Source: Mytilus trossulus
Taxonomy: Eukaryota
Length of the DNA: 64,000 nt
Reading direction: 5' to 3'
NCBI RefSeq assembly: GCF_036588685.1
Contig: NC_086379.1
Coordinates: forward strand, 36,394,001-36,458,000
Shown: piece after piece, positions 1-13,420 of the stretch
Layout: each line of letters starts with the position of its first letter
Position numbering within the stretch: the stretch's first letter is position 1
Translations under genes and position numbers: made by a program
Notes under the pieces: model-generated
What the model was told of the DNA's origin: nothing
Databases searched by the model: none
The model's input: the letters and a program-made list of their open reading frames with translations, nothing else

Positions 1-65
1 AAGGGTTAATTGGTGTCATGTATGATTATGATATTGGTTGCACTTACATTCATGAAGTAACCTAC

Positions 66-292
66 CAATGGTGGACCCACAGATAAAGAAATGGTGGACC
101 CACACAATGATGAAATGGTGGACCCACAAAATGATGAAATGGTGGACCCACAACATGATGAAATGGTGGACCCACACAATGATGAAATGGTGGACCCACA
201 AATGATGAAATGGTGGACCCACAAAATGATGAAATGGTGGACCCAAAAATGATGAAATGGTTGACCCACAAAATGATGAAATGGTGGATCCT
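66..292. repeat. Minisatellite, about 9 copies of a 24-bp unit (AATGATGAAATGGTGGACCCACAA)
   Basis: Directly visible tandem unit with occasional 23-bp variants; explains the three overlapping repetitive ORFs at 6-333. Confidence 0.95.
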
Positions 293-1298
293 AAAAGTGA
301 CCATATTGTGCTTTTAAAAGTTAATGAAGACAAACAATGATGGACATATAATATTTTATCTAGTGAAAATTTATTTAATATTATAGGAACTAATTAGCAG
401 AAATTTGTGATATATATAATATATATATAGTGACATTTTTATAACCGTACATGAATAGTAATGAAGATTAAGAGACAATAAAGTTAAAACTTGAACCAGA
501 AATATATAAACATTAATCCGTAAAAACTATCAACTATGTGTTTCCCCAAAAATGATGTTAACATGGAATATGACGATTGTGCTCAAGAACAAATATATTG
601 CCTATATATATGTATTGAATATGTTTTAAACAAAAACAAAAAAAAACAAACAGTTATTATTGCTTATTGATATGTTTGCTTATGATATAATGGATATTGT
701 TTTGTGTTTCAGTTATATTAATTAGATAATTACATACTTATGGGTTAGGCATAAAGTAATTTTATTTTTTAAGAATAATATTTATGATATGATTACTAAT
801 ATTTTTTAACTTGTAGCTGATGACCGATATGGATAAATCATTGATAATCTTATATTTCAGCTGTATTGTTTATATTGCTATTTTTATGCCCCCTTATGCA
901 CCCAGAAATACATCATGAAGTATGCAATGAGCTCATTGTCATTAATTATGTGAGAGTTGGACTTGTCAATATTAGTGAACTTCAGAGAACTTCCCTGATA
1001 TGGACAATCTAAACTTGACCATTCCCCATCCGTGTAAATATATAATTTAGTAATGTTTTATTACAGGAATCAGTCAATTTATTAATGTTTTCACAATATT
1101 TTTTTTTATATATATGTAACATATTATTGACAGGAATCAGTGATTCTATTGTTTCACAAAATATTGTAATATTCATTGACAGAAATCAGTATTTCAATTA
1201 TTGCTATACGATGTGTGTATAATATTATTTTTTTTTATGATGTATGTTGTATTTTAATTTAAGATTGCAGGAGCAATCTTGGCGACAAAGGGAAGGGT

Positions 1299-1883
1299 AT
1301 AACCAGTATATTTTAGATGTCAGAATGTTAAAATGTGGAATTCAAAGATTTGTTATAATTTTGTATTAGTAAAGATATTTAGCACTAGCTTAAGAAATAA
1401 TTGACTTGATAAAAAGTTAATATAAATCTTCACAATTTTAGATAAGTGTAAAGCAAATTATTATGTAATCCTCTGAGGGCTAAATTGACAATAGAGAATT
1501 AAGGATTAAAGAAGTGTTATATATACAAAGGGATTTCTTACTTTTTAAGATGATTTAAGTTATGTCACAAAGACTTGATATTTGGGAATATAGATAAATA
1601 AGCATTATTATGTAAATTAGCTATTTGAGTATTAATGTTATGTTAATTGAATAATGAAATAAGATATATTAGTTGACCATGTAGTAAGGGACAGTTAGTA
1701 TTGACACTTGCTTTATAGTCACGTATTGGACACGGGTGTTATAGACTTGGATTTATATTAGACATGCTGTTTTATTATGTCTCATGAACTTATGTGATTA
1801 TTGTGATTATTGTGATTGATAACTATATTGAATGCTGATTAATAAACATTATATATTGAACATTGAATCTGTGTTACGTTAAC
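1299..1883 (+). mobile_element. Possible 3' LTR of a decayed LTR retrotransposon
   Basis: Purine tract AAAGGGAAGGG directly before TATAACC (TGTAAC-like start); AATAAA near 1841 and end ...GTTAACA at 1883. No partner LTR in the window. Confidence 0.3.
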
Positions 1884-1999
1884 ATGTATTCATACAAAAG
1901 CTACCAGCTAGTTCCCCCAACCCAATAAGATGAATAACCAGGTCAGGAACGAACATAGTACTGGCCTTGGTTATAGAACTCCAAGATGAAAAAAATAAC

Positions 2000-2341
2000 T
2001 ATAAACAGGCTATTATTTGAACTTGGAATTATTTTTAGTTATCGAATTTGCTTGATTTCTTGTTATAGAAATTTTTAATAAATTACATGTTTATTCTGTA
2101 CTGAAATGTTCTGTGCTGTGCACAACACTTTCTATTACAAAGAAAATAGTATATTTCCAATAGAATGTACTGTGCTGTGCACAACACTATCTAACCAAAA
2201 TACATTGTATTGAAAGTGTTATTTTAACCGCTCAAAAGGTACCAAATAAACATGGAATTAATTAAAAAAATTTAAACACAAGAAATTCTGCAAATTCCAT
2301 AATTAAAAATAATTCCAAATTCAAATAATAGCCTGTTTATA
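2000..2341. mobile_element. Palindromic non-autonomous element (MITE/Crypton-like hairpin)
   Basis: TATAAACAGGCTATTATTTGAA...TTCAAATAATAGCCTGTTTATA terminal inverted repeats of more than 35 bp with an internal direct repeat. Confidence 0.7.
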
Positions 2342-4051
2342 TAATAAAAACAATGCTATGCAAACAATACTATAATACAGAAAACACAAAAACATTAATA
2401 CATGCACTGGTTACATGTATCATAAACCTGACAAAATTTGGGGTAAAACCCAGTTGCTCATATTAAACGGGTAGAAATCAGTCAGGGCTTCTAGTGATAT
2501 TAAAGTCAAAGCATGTAATAAAGGTAGTTATCTTTGATATAGATACATTCTATGATCATAATAATGGTCAAAGAGTTTATGGTAAGGCGTTTTATTCATG
2601 AGTTAAATGGTTACTGGTAAGTGATGAGTTTTGTGTAAAAAGGTTCACTTCTTTATTTCATGTGCTTTCATGTGATCTTGAATCCCTAGTCAAACTCGTA
2701 AATCAAGGTAAAAAAATGTTCAAGACTATTTCTATATTATGATAATTTTGCAAACTAATTAAGAAGCTTTTATGATATTTGAATTGAATATTTGTTGTCA
2801 ACCATGAGAAGAATAACATCCGACTCCTTTTCCAAAAGAGCCTGTACCTGGTCATTCCAATTTAACAAAAGCATTGATTTGAAATATTAAATGATCTTTG
2901 TTCATTGTCATGATTGTTGTTGTGATAGAAGAATATTTTCTTTTTTTTAGTGGGTCAATCTTTTAAAAAAATCCAGTCCATAGTCAAACAAATAGTTTCA
3001 CTTTCAGTGTATAATCTATCATGTCTATAGGAGAGGGGTTGGTCCTGATTTGGAAATCATGGGATTAAAAACATGTTTGGATGGAGAGTTGACTCATTGG
3101 CACTCACACCACATCTTCCTATATCTATAAAATCCGGCAGGTCCCGTATTTAAAGTAATTTAAATAAATCCCAACATGATCCTGAAATTCAAAAAAATAA
3201 TTCCTGAATTTGAAAGGGTCAATCCCAGAATCCGGAGCTTAAAAAAAAACCCGATCCCGACTTCCTGGAAAAGGTCCTGCACCCCCTGGTAATAACTGGT
3301 CAATATAAAATCCCCCCTGGTAATACCTGATATAAAATAGAGATAATTAAAACTACATGTATGAAATATAGACAAGGGTAGTGAAGGGGGGGGGGGAGGG
3401 GTGCTTGCACGAAAAAAATGTGAAACAAGACATAATTTCACGTTGAACATGAAAAAGTTTCTGTAATGAATGTTGCACGAAAAATAAATACTTTTATGTG
3501 AACCTTTTGTGACTGAGTCATTGTCTTCTTGTATATATTAACCCTTTGTTTTACTTGATATTCCCGATTTAGTATAAACATTTATAATACAATAGACATA
3601 TTTACACTTGTATGCAAATTTGTCCACCATTACGTAAAATCACATAGGTTCCCATAAACTTTGACATAACAATTCAAAATAATCCGGTGGTGAAATTCGG
3701 CTAAATACCAAAAGTGTAAATACATTTATTGGTTTACGATTGTTAAAAAAGTATTTCTTGACAATCCCTGTCAAGTGTTGAATTTTATTTGAAAAATACC
3801 GAGCACGCAAAATAAGACTCTGAAAATGACGATGCACGTGAAATTAAATAAGCAGAACACGTTGAACGAGGCACCTGTCTTATAGGACTGAACGTCAAAT
3901 AAAAAAAACAAGACGTTGAATGTGAAATAAAAAACGGCGATCACGTTGCACGAAAATAACCCTTTACCACCCTCATTGACATATAATACACAATGTTTAA
4001 AATGTATTATGTATCTATTAAACATCATCTTTTGTATTTTTATCAGTTTAA

Positions 4052-4639
4052 GGTTCATCATAAGGAATTGAAAAATATGGCCGTGTTTACACCCCAAAAA
4101 TTACTATGAGTACAGACAAACTGGTACATCCGGGAAAGTTTTAAGGCATGGCAGGAACTAGATATATAAAAGTTATATGAAGTCTATGTTTCAGAAAATC
4201 AAAAACTTACCTGGATTTTGATGTCCATTTTTTTCCAGTCTGTAGAAGATAGCAAAATAAACAAACACCCGAGATTCATTTGATACGGTCCACTCAGTTA
4301 CACAGTTAAAACCTGTTAAATCACCTATTGTTTACAGGTGTCTATTGTCCATCTATTGTCCATTTAAATCAATACTACTCACAACATTGATTATATGAGG
4401 GGAGCTTCTCAATCGTTTTCACTACTTAGTTAATTTTTGCACCTTCTGCAGGAACGAAAAAAAATGATAGCAAAATCTAGAAAAGTTTATAATTTTCTGA
4501 AACAAAAAATGCATTTAAAATTTATATATCTAGTTCCTGCCATCCCTTAAAACTGTTGCAGGTGTATAGGTTAGTCTGTACTCAGAGTAAAATTTGGGGT
4601 GTAAATACGGCCATTTTAGCCGAAAGGTTATGATGAACC
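4052..4639. mobile_element. TTAA-target fold-back MITE (Kolobok-like)
   Basis: TTAA|GGTTCATCATAA...TTATGATGAACC|TTAA with long imperfect inverted arms (about 150 bp). GG..CC ends plus TTAA TSD are Kolobok hallmarks. Confidence 0.8.
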
Positions 4640-4643
4640 TTAA

Positions 4644-5245
4644 GGGCATACAATACAGTTACAGGGAATGTCATGACGTTGCTAACGTAATTTGTTATTT
4701 TTGCGACGTCAAACTGTGACATATCAGGAAAAGATGCATTTTTCGACTGATTTAATTTGAAAACGAGTTCATGGACCCCTATTTTTCAAAACAGCATTTG
4801 GTTTCATTTTGCAGGGAGATTATGTGACCGAAATTTTTATAAAACTGTATATAGAGGATTTTTTTTAATTTTGATAAACATGCAGTAAAAAATGACGTGT
4901 TTTCCTCATTTCATGAACATTTGATAAATATGAGTTATTTCTGAATAAAAAATTGCATATTTTTTTATGATATTTATAAAATAAACAAATTACCGATTAT
5001 TTAACAGAAAACAATTTGTGTTTATCTTTAATAACAAAAAAGTTATGTCTTTCTTTCGAAAACGAAATTACGGCCACAAATCTGAATTTTGAGCAAATAT
5101 ACAAAATTTCGACCTCATTTTACTCAAAAAGTAGCACATGAAGGTATATTTTTTATTACATATTTCATTAAATCAGGTAGAAAATAGCCTATATGCAAAT
5201 TTTCATGAACTTGTAAATACAGGATCAAAACTGTATCGTATGCCC
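4644..5245. mobile_element. Second TTAA-target element (Kolobok-like, short TIRs)
   Basis: TTAA|GGGCATACAATACAGTT...AACTGTATCGTATGCCC|TTAA; shares the TTAA at 4640-4643 with the preceding element. Confidence 0.8.
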
Positions 5246-6273
5246 TTAATGCCATTATCATGATTATAGGGGGAAACATAGTTTTGCCTTTGGAGATGCA
5301 CGTTCGTCCTGGATTTTGACATTTATGGCAAATCCTCAATTTCATTGGAATAGGAAAAGGACAGAGCTGCCTTGTAATGTCACAAATTACCCAAATGTTG
5401 TACACATGCAGCGAAAGTCGCTTGTCTGTAAAATTTTCGTCATGAGTTATCTACCGTTTGGTGGCAAAATATAATAGATCTATTGACCAACAAGATAGAC
5501 ACTCAACAACGTAAAGCAACATACATTTCATTGACTAGGTAATAAGTAAAAACCTTGTTGTTATAAATATATTAATATTTGTATATAACAGTTACATATA
5601 TATATATATAGAATAACAATAAGTCCGAGATAATTCCATACATCTTCAAGTTCATGAACATGTATGAACTATTTGTCACTGGACATAAAGCAAATATCAA
5701 TCAATCATGCATGGCATTACGGTAGATGTTCCTCTTAAATGTTTTTCATTGACTAGTTCATCGGTGCAAAATAAGGCCTTTCCTACTCACATGATAACTT
5801 TTGTGAATACAAATGTTATCCGGGAACTAAAGGAAAGAAAAGTCCGTTGTGGCATTGACAATTGAACAATGGCATTTTGTATCGGCATCACTGATAACGG
5901 CATTTGGACAACCGATAGATATAAGCTACAACTGAACACAATAAGACATTTCATTCACAATAAGTTCGTTGACTTCGTTCTTATATATATTTTAAGCCAG
6001 ATATCTTTTTGGGTAAAGTCTTTCTTTAAATATATGAAGGTTAATGACTTAAGGCTTTTTTTTGTAGTTTTTGCAATTTTTACATTGACTAACCCTAAAT
6101 AATTACATTAGATGTATGTTTCATTATAATACGTTTTTCTGATTGGCTAATTGCACATCACATGTTATTCCGTAAGCAATTGCATGAGACAATAACATTT
6201 CATTCATTATGACACAAGGTCCCACAATAAAGTGCACAGGTGAATTTTTATAATCCTAGCTAAAACAATGTAA

Positions 6274-6438
6274 TTATAAGTATTGAATGCTTCTTTTTGT
6301 AACTTTATAGGGTTGTAAAAGCGTTGACCGTGCGTACATTTTTAGAATGAAGCGCTTCCGCGCTTCATACAAAATGTACTTCGGTCAACGCTTTTACACC
6401 CCAATAAATTTACAAAAATAAGCATTCCGTTCTTAAAT
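6274..6438. repeat. Hairpin (palindromic) interspersed repeat
   Basis: GTAAAAGCGTTGACCG...TGAAGCGCTTCCGCGCTTCA...CGGTCAACGCTTTTAC forms a long imperfect stem-loop. Confidence 0.7.
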
Positions 6439-7053
6439 GAAGAAGTTTGAGACCTGAGGCAAAAAAAAAGACACAATATAAAAAAATGGGAATACTGAAT
6501 CAAATATACATTTTGTAACATAATGAACATCTGAAATATGTTATTTGGTATATTAAGTATAGTTTTTACAATTGATTTTCGAATTTAATGCCCCCAAAGT
6601 GACCTTATCATATCTTCTACTTTACTATAATAATTTTCATTACGTGATTAGAACAGAACAGCACTTCGAAATTATAGCATTGCTCCAAAGTCGGTAAAGA
6701 TTGTATTTTTTGTCTTCTGCCGTAATCGGCAATTTAGTTTTCTGCTTCACATTTTGTTATACCCTTGACCTTTTGTAGCGTGCATCTTACGCCGTATAAT
6801 TGTGTTTCCTCATTGTTAGACCTGTAGTTGATCGACTTTTGTTAATAGCTGTCTCATTGGCAATTATACCAGTCCACATTGCCTAGCTTTCATTTGCATG
6901 TTTTAAAAACACACAAAAATATCTTAAAAAATCCATTAATTGTTATATTGCATGACACAACTGTTGCTTCAATGTTAAAGGCCTCAAATTACAGTAGTTA
7001 TAAAATGAAAGAAAGGTCAGCATTTGGTAAACTATCACAAGGCACTCTTGGCA

Positions 7054-8672
7054 ATGTTGGAAATGCTGTTCTATATTTTTCTTTTCTTGTTTCACGTTGT
7101 GGTACCTTGTCAGATAACCATTACTGGAAACAATAATTTGAGCAGTTGTTGCACTGAGTTGGAGAAGAAGGTCAGAGAGCTTGAGTACAAAGTCCAAAGC
7201 AATGCATTGAAGGCAAAGGTTGAAGCACTGGAAGGGCGTATTGAAATGTTGGAACATGGACAAAGTGGTATGTGCAAAATTTAATTTACCAAACTTAATG
7301 ATATTGATTCACAATCTTGGACATTCTTGTCTTCTACTTTTATTAGCATTGTAATGAAAAGGTCAGATAATAATGTTTTGACTAACCTTTGACGTAGTAA
7401 AAAAAGTTTTAAACAATAAATCTTCTAAAAAATATCTCAAAAAGGGTAAACAATTTTGTATACCATTTTTTTTATCCTTCAACAAATAGTCTAATCACAC
7501 TTTATCATAGAAGTAAATTGAACAAAAAAGTGATTTTACACTTTCTTTTTAACCAGGATTGTGTGGTAAGAAGAATCTAGCATTGAATAAAAAGTGCGGA
7601 CAGAGTTCATATGGTAAAGGACATCCTTCGTGTGGTATTGGTAATAATGGGAATCTCAATACCTATATGCACACAATATTCTACTGGAAGAATGGTTTTT
7701 GGCACGGCGAAAGTAACCCGTATTGGTGGGTTGATTTGGAAAACAGTTGTCTGATAAAACAAATCAGAATATACAACAGGAAAGACTGCTGTGGTAACTT
7801 ATCTATACTTGTAATTGCATTCACCAGAATTTCTGGCAATAATCATGACAAACGATTGCAAATTTAAGCAGGAACTTTCTGTTCTATAGTAAAGAAAGTC
7901 CCTGATTTAACAGAAAAAAATTACACATTTAGTGTAGGGGAGAAATAATGTTTGACGTATGCAACAGTAATATCATACTTACAAACATGAATGTTACCCC
8001 AAACACACCACACCGATTTATGTTTTTTCTTTACAAGAAATTCAGGTGAATGTGGTTAACATTGTAGAAGAAATATTGTTATGTATTTTGTTAGAGTAGG
8101 GTTTTGATATATTGTCTATGTATCTGAAGCGACAAAAATGTACTGATTTTGTGTTATGGATGATTACACCACATTCTTTGCTTTTAAGAATACGAATTTT
8201 TAAAACAACTGTTCGTGATCTGTAGTACATTAAACAAGAGCATTAGCGTTAGGGTATACAAATGAGCACACTTTTCTAAACATTGAGACCTAACAATGAA
8301 ATCAATGACGACTAGAATCAAGTATATAAGATGTAATCTGTGTCATCTCAAACAGAATCACACAACTGTAAAGTACACACAATTAGAGAGAAAAAAGCAA
8401 TTCATATTTGTTATTTGTTTGAATATACCTTTGGTACCTTTCGCCTCTCTATTATAGGCTTTAGACTCCGCGATGTGGAAGTTACCGTCGGACATTCATT
8501 ATCTAATATGAAATTGTGTGGTTTCTATAAAGGTCCAGCTGCAGACGGAGAAATTGTAAACATATCCTGCAAATTACCAAGGGTAGCACGTTACGTCAAG
8601 GTGATGATAAAAGAGGAAAATACAAAAGACACGTTCATCCATGTTAATGAAATTGAAGTTTACTCTCAGTAA
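7054..8672 (+). CDS. F-type lectin (fucolectin) 1: secreted, signal peptide + coiled coil + FTP domain; exons 7054-7267, 7557-7793, 8458-8672
   Basis: GT-AG phase-1 introns join an open frame: hydrophobic leader MLEMLFYIFLFLFHVVVPC, heptad segment ELEKKVRELEYKV, then NLALNKKCGQSS...HT...NPYWWVDL...IYNRKDCCGFRL...ARYVKV...EIEVY (F-type lectin His/Arg/Arg fucose motif). AATAAA overlaps the stop. Confidence 0.92.
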
Positions 8673-8763
8673 ATAAAAGAAGAGTTATTTAGTACTTGTG
8701 GTTTTTTTTTATGAGGACTTATTAGTCTTTTGTATTTATTTGGCTTTTTAACTATTTTGATCT

Positions 8764-8808
8764 GAGCGTCACTGATGAGTCTTATGTAGACGAAACGCGC
8801 GTCTGGCT
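8764..8808 (+). ncRNA. Type I hammerhead ribozyme (partial retrozyme copy, about 8725-8835)
   Basis: GCGTCA-CTGATGA-GTCT(TATGT)AGAC-GAAA-C(GCGC)G-TC^TGGC; intact core, predicted cleavage after 8803. Confidence 0.85.
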
Positions 8809-9439
8809 TATAAAATTATAATCCTGGTACTATTTGCTTATAGATTAAACAATGACACAATTTATTTTTCATCAATTAAAGCCAAATACATATGTGTTTA
8901 CTATTGCTAACCGAATATAGTTCTTCCTGGTTTGAATGAGGACGTTAAATTAGATTTTTCGTGTACCACTCTCTTCGAAAAGAACCTTTGCAAGCACTCT
9001 TTAAGAGATCTGTAGATTTTATGCGGTTTTTTTCACAATGAAGCAGAATAGGAATTGGTTATCACTTTACTATATATAGAAATGTTGTTAATTATGAATC
9101 AATATCTCCACTTTTATAAAAAGTAATCAATGTTGTTTTTAATCGTCTTCCTTTTATTTAAGAAAATGAGAATCATCGTGCTCATCCTTTGGTGCATGAT
9201 TGGCAAATAAAAATATTTGATTTTTGTATGTTTAAAATCTGGCCATTTTTTAACTGACATCTTTTACATGTTTATTGCACTAAATTCCTCTTAAAAATTA
9301 CTCAAAAGAATATAGCATTGATTTTTTTAAAAGCAATAACTTAATGATGTTATTTAAAAGAAAACACACTCCAGCTTCCTCAACCAATACAAACTGACCA
9401 CCAAGAAATAGCGCAAACACGGTGAAAGTTGCGTTAAAC

Positions 9440-10735
9440 ACAACTTTATTCTCATAAAGCCAATGCATAACATCAGTACAGAGATAACAACAATAATTAT
9501 TTACAATATATACAAAACAAGGAGAGAGGTTACAGAAGTCTCTAGCCAGGAGGACAAACACAAGTATTAATATGTTTTATAAATAAACAAAGTTTCTTCA
9601 GGACTGGTTTTCGTGTACTCGACATAAGTTCCAAAAATTTAAATGTATTATGTCGTTGCACAAAATAGGAGGATAAATACTCTGTACGTTTTTGATCGAA
9701 AAAAGTACATTCCAATAGATAGTGATATTCGTCACCAATTTGTCGATTTTTACATAGATGACAAACACGGTTTTCTCTCAGTACTTTTTGCCACCTTCCT
9801 GTTTCAATCGGCAATTTGTTATTGGTCGTTCGAAATCGACAAAGAACAACGGCATCTTTAAAGTTCAAAATGTTAAAATATTCCTCAAATTCCCAGTTTT
9901 TCTTAAAATTTTGTAGTTAATAGCTTTTGGCGAATTTTGAATTAGCGAATTCCAGTTCTGAAGAAACTGTTCCAACAGTCTTTGCTTTATTACAGTTTTT
10001 AACCAATCTTTTTCTATAAAATTTTGTGTTTCCCATATATATGAGAAACCACAATCTTGAAATATTTTTTGACAAAAAGAATCCATTTAGTCTGCATGTT
10101 AAAATGAACATTCATATGGCGAGAAAGTTGATACAATATACAGGAAAACTTTGCTTGTTTGCCGGATATCAAATTTGCCCAAAATAATACTGCTCGAATT
10201 TTTATATCTATGTCAACCGGATGGCGACCTAGTTCCCCGTAAACCATATAGTTTGGTGTTGAGGATTTTAGATTTAAAAGTAATTTACAGAATTTCAAAT
10301 GTATCTTTTCTAATACCTCAGTATTACTAAAACCCCATACTTCAGACCCATACAACAATATGGGCTTGACAAATTTGTCAAAAAGATCTAGCTGACATTT
10401 TATGGAGAGCTGATACATCCTTCCCATTTTCAGGACTTCGTACATGGCTTTTAAGGCCTTATCTTATAAATGTTTTTTTTTGTCATATTAAAGTTCCCCG
10501 TTTTAGTAAAAATAATTCCCAAATAGTTACACTGCTTTACTATCTCAATGTTAGTGTTATTGTAAGAAAATTTGAGATTTTTGGGCAAACGTCCAAAACC
10601 AAACACTAAAGCTTTGGTTTTGTAACGTTTACTTTCAATTTCCAAACCTTACAATATTCATGAAAGGCATTGAGTTGAGTCTGCAGGTCCTGTGCTGTTT
10701 CGGCCAGCAATACCGTGTCATCTGCGTACAAAATT
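9440..10735 (-). mobile_element. 5'-truncated, frameshifted non-LTR retrotransposon (LINE, CR1/L2-group RT C-terminal half)
   Basis: LYADDTVLLAE at about 10700-10730; YLGIIF; KPILLYGSEVWG; YGELGRHP; C-terminal CHLC..IGDEYHYLLEC knuckle; AATAAA near 9445. Spread over ORFs 10451-10645, 10014-10445, 9865-10086 and 9542-9868. Confidence 0.9.
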
Positions 10736-12779
10736 ATAAAAAAAACTCAATCAATTGAAGAAAACACGACAAATGAAACGAAAAATCTCCGTTTTAAGGT
10801 AATTAGAAAACAACACAATCCTAATAGACATGTTACGAAAAGGTATATTCACGACGCTGAGGTTGACAATTTACACTTTAAATGTGGGGACTGTGTCACA
10901 ATTCGAAAGAGATTACCTGTGTTTACATTGTATTTTATTTAAAAACTGCAATGATCCTTTCGCAGGCAATTCCGTATGGAACGAATATTCCATAACATTT
11001 ATACGATTAGAAATATAAGAAATAGATATTAATAATTTAAAACTATAATAATACTGCAAAAAAAAATGGGGGAGGGGACGTTCTTGTTAATGCAGTAGAT
11101 GTGCGCGGCAACGGAGATACGGGATACATACGTGTGTGAAATCTTTGGCGAGCCCTTAATATATCTTGCAAATAGTCTTAAGTATTATAATCTGTTGTAT
11201 ACCTACTCGTGAATATATATGTAACGATCATTTTTATATAGTTTAAAAAAACAACCTAATTTTTTATCTAACGGGGTCTGTTTTAATCAACTCAAACACG
11301 ATTTCAACTTGAGGCATGTTGCACTATATAGAGAAATTTCGCGGCCCGGTCACATAGCTTCGAAGACATGTATTTTCTATCTTTATTTCCTTCCAACTTT
11401 GTCTCAATTTCAAAAGTTTCAGCTCATTTTGTATTTTCTGTATAATAGTTTGTGATTGATTGCTTGTTGGTTGCTTAACGTTCAGTGGCAAATATTTCAT
11501 GTAGGTTTAGAACGAGAAGAGGTTTGTGTAAAATATGACTCGCTACTCATCGGTTGAACAACCCTGCAGAGTGCCAAAAGCATTGCATAATGACTTAAGT
11601 TTGCATTTACATCTTAAAACCACCTCATGCAGATGTTTTGTATTTCATAAATTCCTAAAACATTTGAGGAAATTCGCCAACCGATTCATAAGAAAATGAG
11701 AATATGAAAAAAAAGTGACACCGATGACCGATGGGTCTTTCTAGCTAGGAGTTTATCTTACACAAATATTTTTTTTTTATTAAATCTGTTGAATGGGTAC
11801 CTATTACTACCCTACGGAGGTACCAGTTGGGTTTTTTTAGGGAGAGAGGGACTAGGATTAAATTTGAAAAAGGCAGGACGGGAGTTTTGTATGAGTAACT
11901 TGGCCAAACAAAACCTAAAAATTTAATTTGCTCACTTTGTATAGTATTAAAAATCTAGCATTGAATGAACTTGTATAACCCTCAGCCCCCCCTTTTTCTA
12001 GACCATCCCCTTTTACGCGCGTACACCTTTTATGTCTTATGACAGGTTTTAGCCAGCAATGATATCACAAAAGCAATTGTCGTATAAGATGTTAAATACA
12101 TAATGACGTTCTAGATAAATGTCATTTGAATTAACCAAGACGCACAGGATTTAAATTTTACCTATTTAAATCTATAACCAATGTTTTGACACCGTCCCCA
12201 AATTTTAAGTCTAATTTGTCAACCTCAGCGTCGAGAATATACCTTTTCGTAATAGACAAGAGTGAGTAAATATATATATTTTGTATTTATATACGTTCAT
12301 ATTTCATGTGTGGGTGTGTTGACAGTTCATTGATTTCACGTGAATAGGGTAGTTAACACTTATTATTATTCATTTGCACATTTTTAAATCATTAAAAGTG
12401 AATATTTTGATAGAATAGCAAATAATTAGAATGAAAAATCATGCAAAATAACAACATGTTTTTTCATAAAAGTTAAACTGCAAGAAATACAAATTAAAAA
12501 TACCACAACGTACAAAATTTATTTCGAAATAAAATCTGTTCTCTTTATACGCTATGAATTTGCACTCTTACCTAATGAAGTTAGCTGAAGGAAAGAGTGC
12601 CAAGCTTTCCTATAAAATGGTAGGCAGTGATGTTCTCCCCAATGAAATGTCTAATTGTATTTCCTCAATGGTGGAAAACACTAATGCTGGCTTAGCCATA
12701 CCTCATAACGTTGTTAGGGGTGTATATTTTTGTGGGCTTATTATAGCTGAGAAGAAGATATTAGGAAAGCTAAAATTCT

Positions 12780-13420
12780 GAGTACGACTTTTTCTCTTCT
12801 CGCTCTCATTTCAATCAATTCTTTCACTTTCTTTTCTCTTTTCAGGTGTTCTTTTCTTTTGGTTTCTTTTCTCTTATCTTCTCAATATCTAACTTCCTTT
12901 CCTCTCATTCACTTTCTTCTTTCTTGCCTTTTCGCTTCATTTTGTTTTACTCTCCTTTCTTTCTCTCTTTAGCGATTGTGAGACAGCGAGAGTGAGAGTG
13001 AGAGTAAGAGGGTGTGACAGTGAGGGTGTGAGAGTGAGAGTGAGAGGATGTGAGAATGAGAAAGTGAGGGTGTGACAGAGGGAGTGAGAGAGACAGTGAA
13101 AGTGGTAGTAGTGAGAGTGTGTGAGAGGGAGTGCTGTGTGAGGGTGTAAGAGTGACAAGAGTGAGTGAGAGAAAGAGTGAGTGAGAGGGTGTGGTGACAA
13201 TCAGAGGGTGTGGCAGTGGTGATAGGCAGGGTATGAGAGGGAGTGGTGTGTGAGAGAGAAAGAGCGAGTGAGAGGGTTTGAGAGAGAGTGAGAGGGTTTG
13301 AGAGAGAGTGAGGTGTGAGAGAGTGACATGGTGTGAGAGTGAGAGAGAAAGAGTTAGTGAGAGGGTTTGAGAGAGAATGAGAGGGTGCCTGAGACAGAAG
13401 TAACAGTGGTGAGATAGATG
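12780..13420. repeat. Low-complexity tract: CT-rich followed by (GA/GT)n degenerate microsatellite
   Basis: Directly visible; accounts for the spurious HSLT-rich ORF 12937-13200. Confidence 0.9.

Noticed and set aside
6-333. His/Cys-rich repetitive ORFs
   Set aside because: Translations of the 24-bp minisatellite in several frames.
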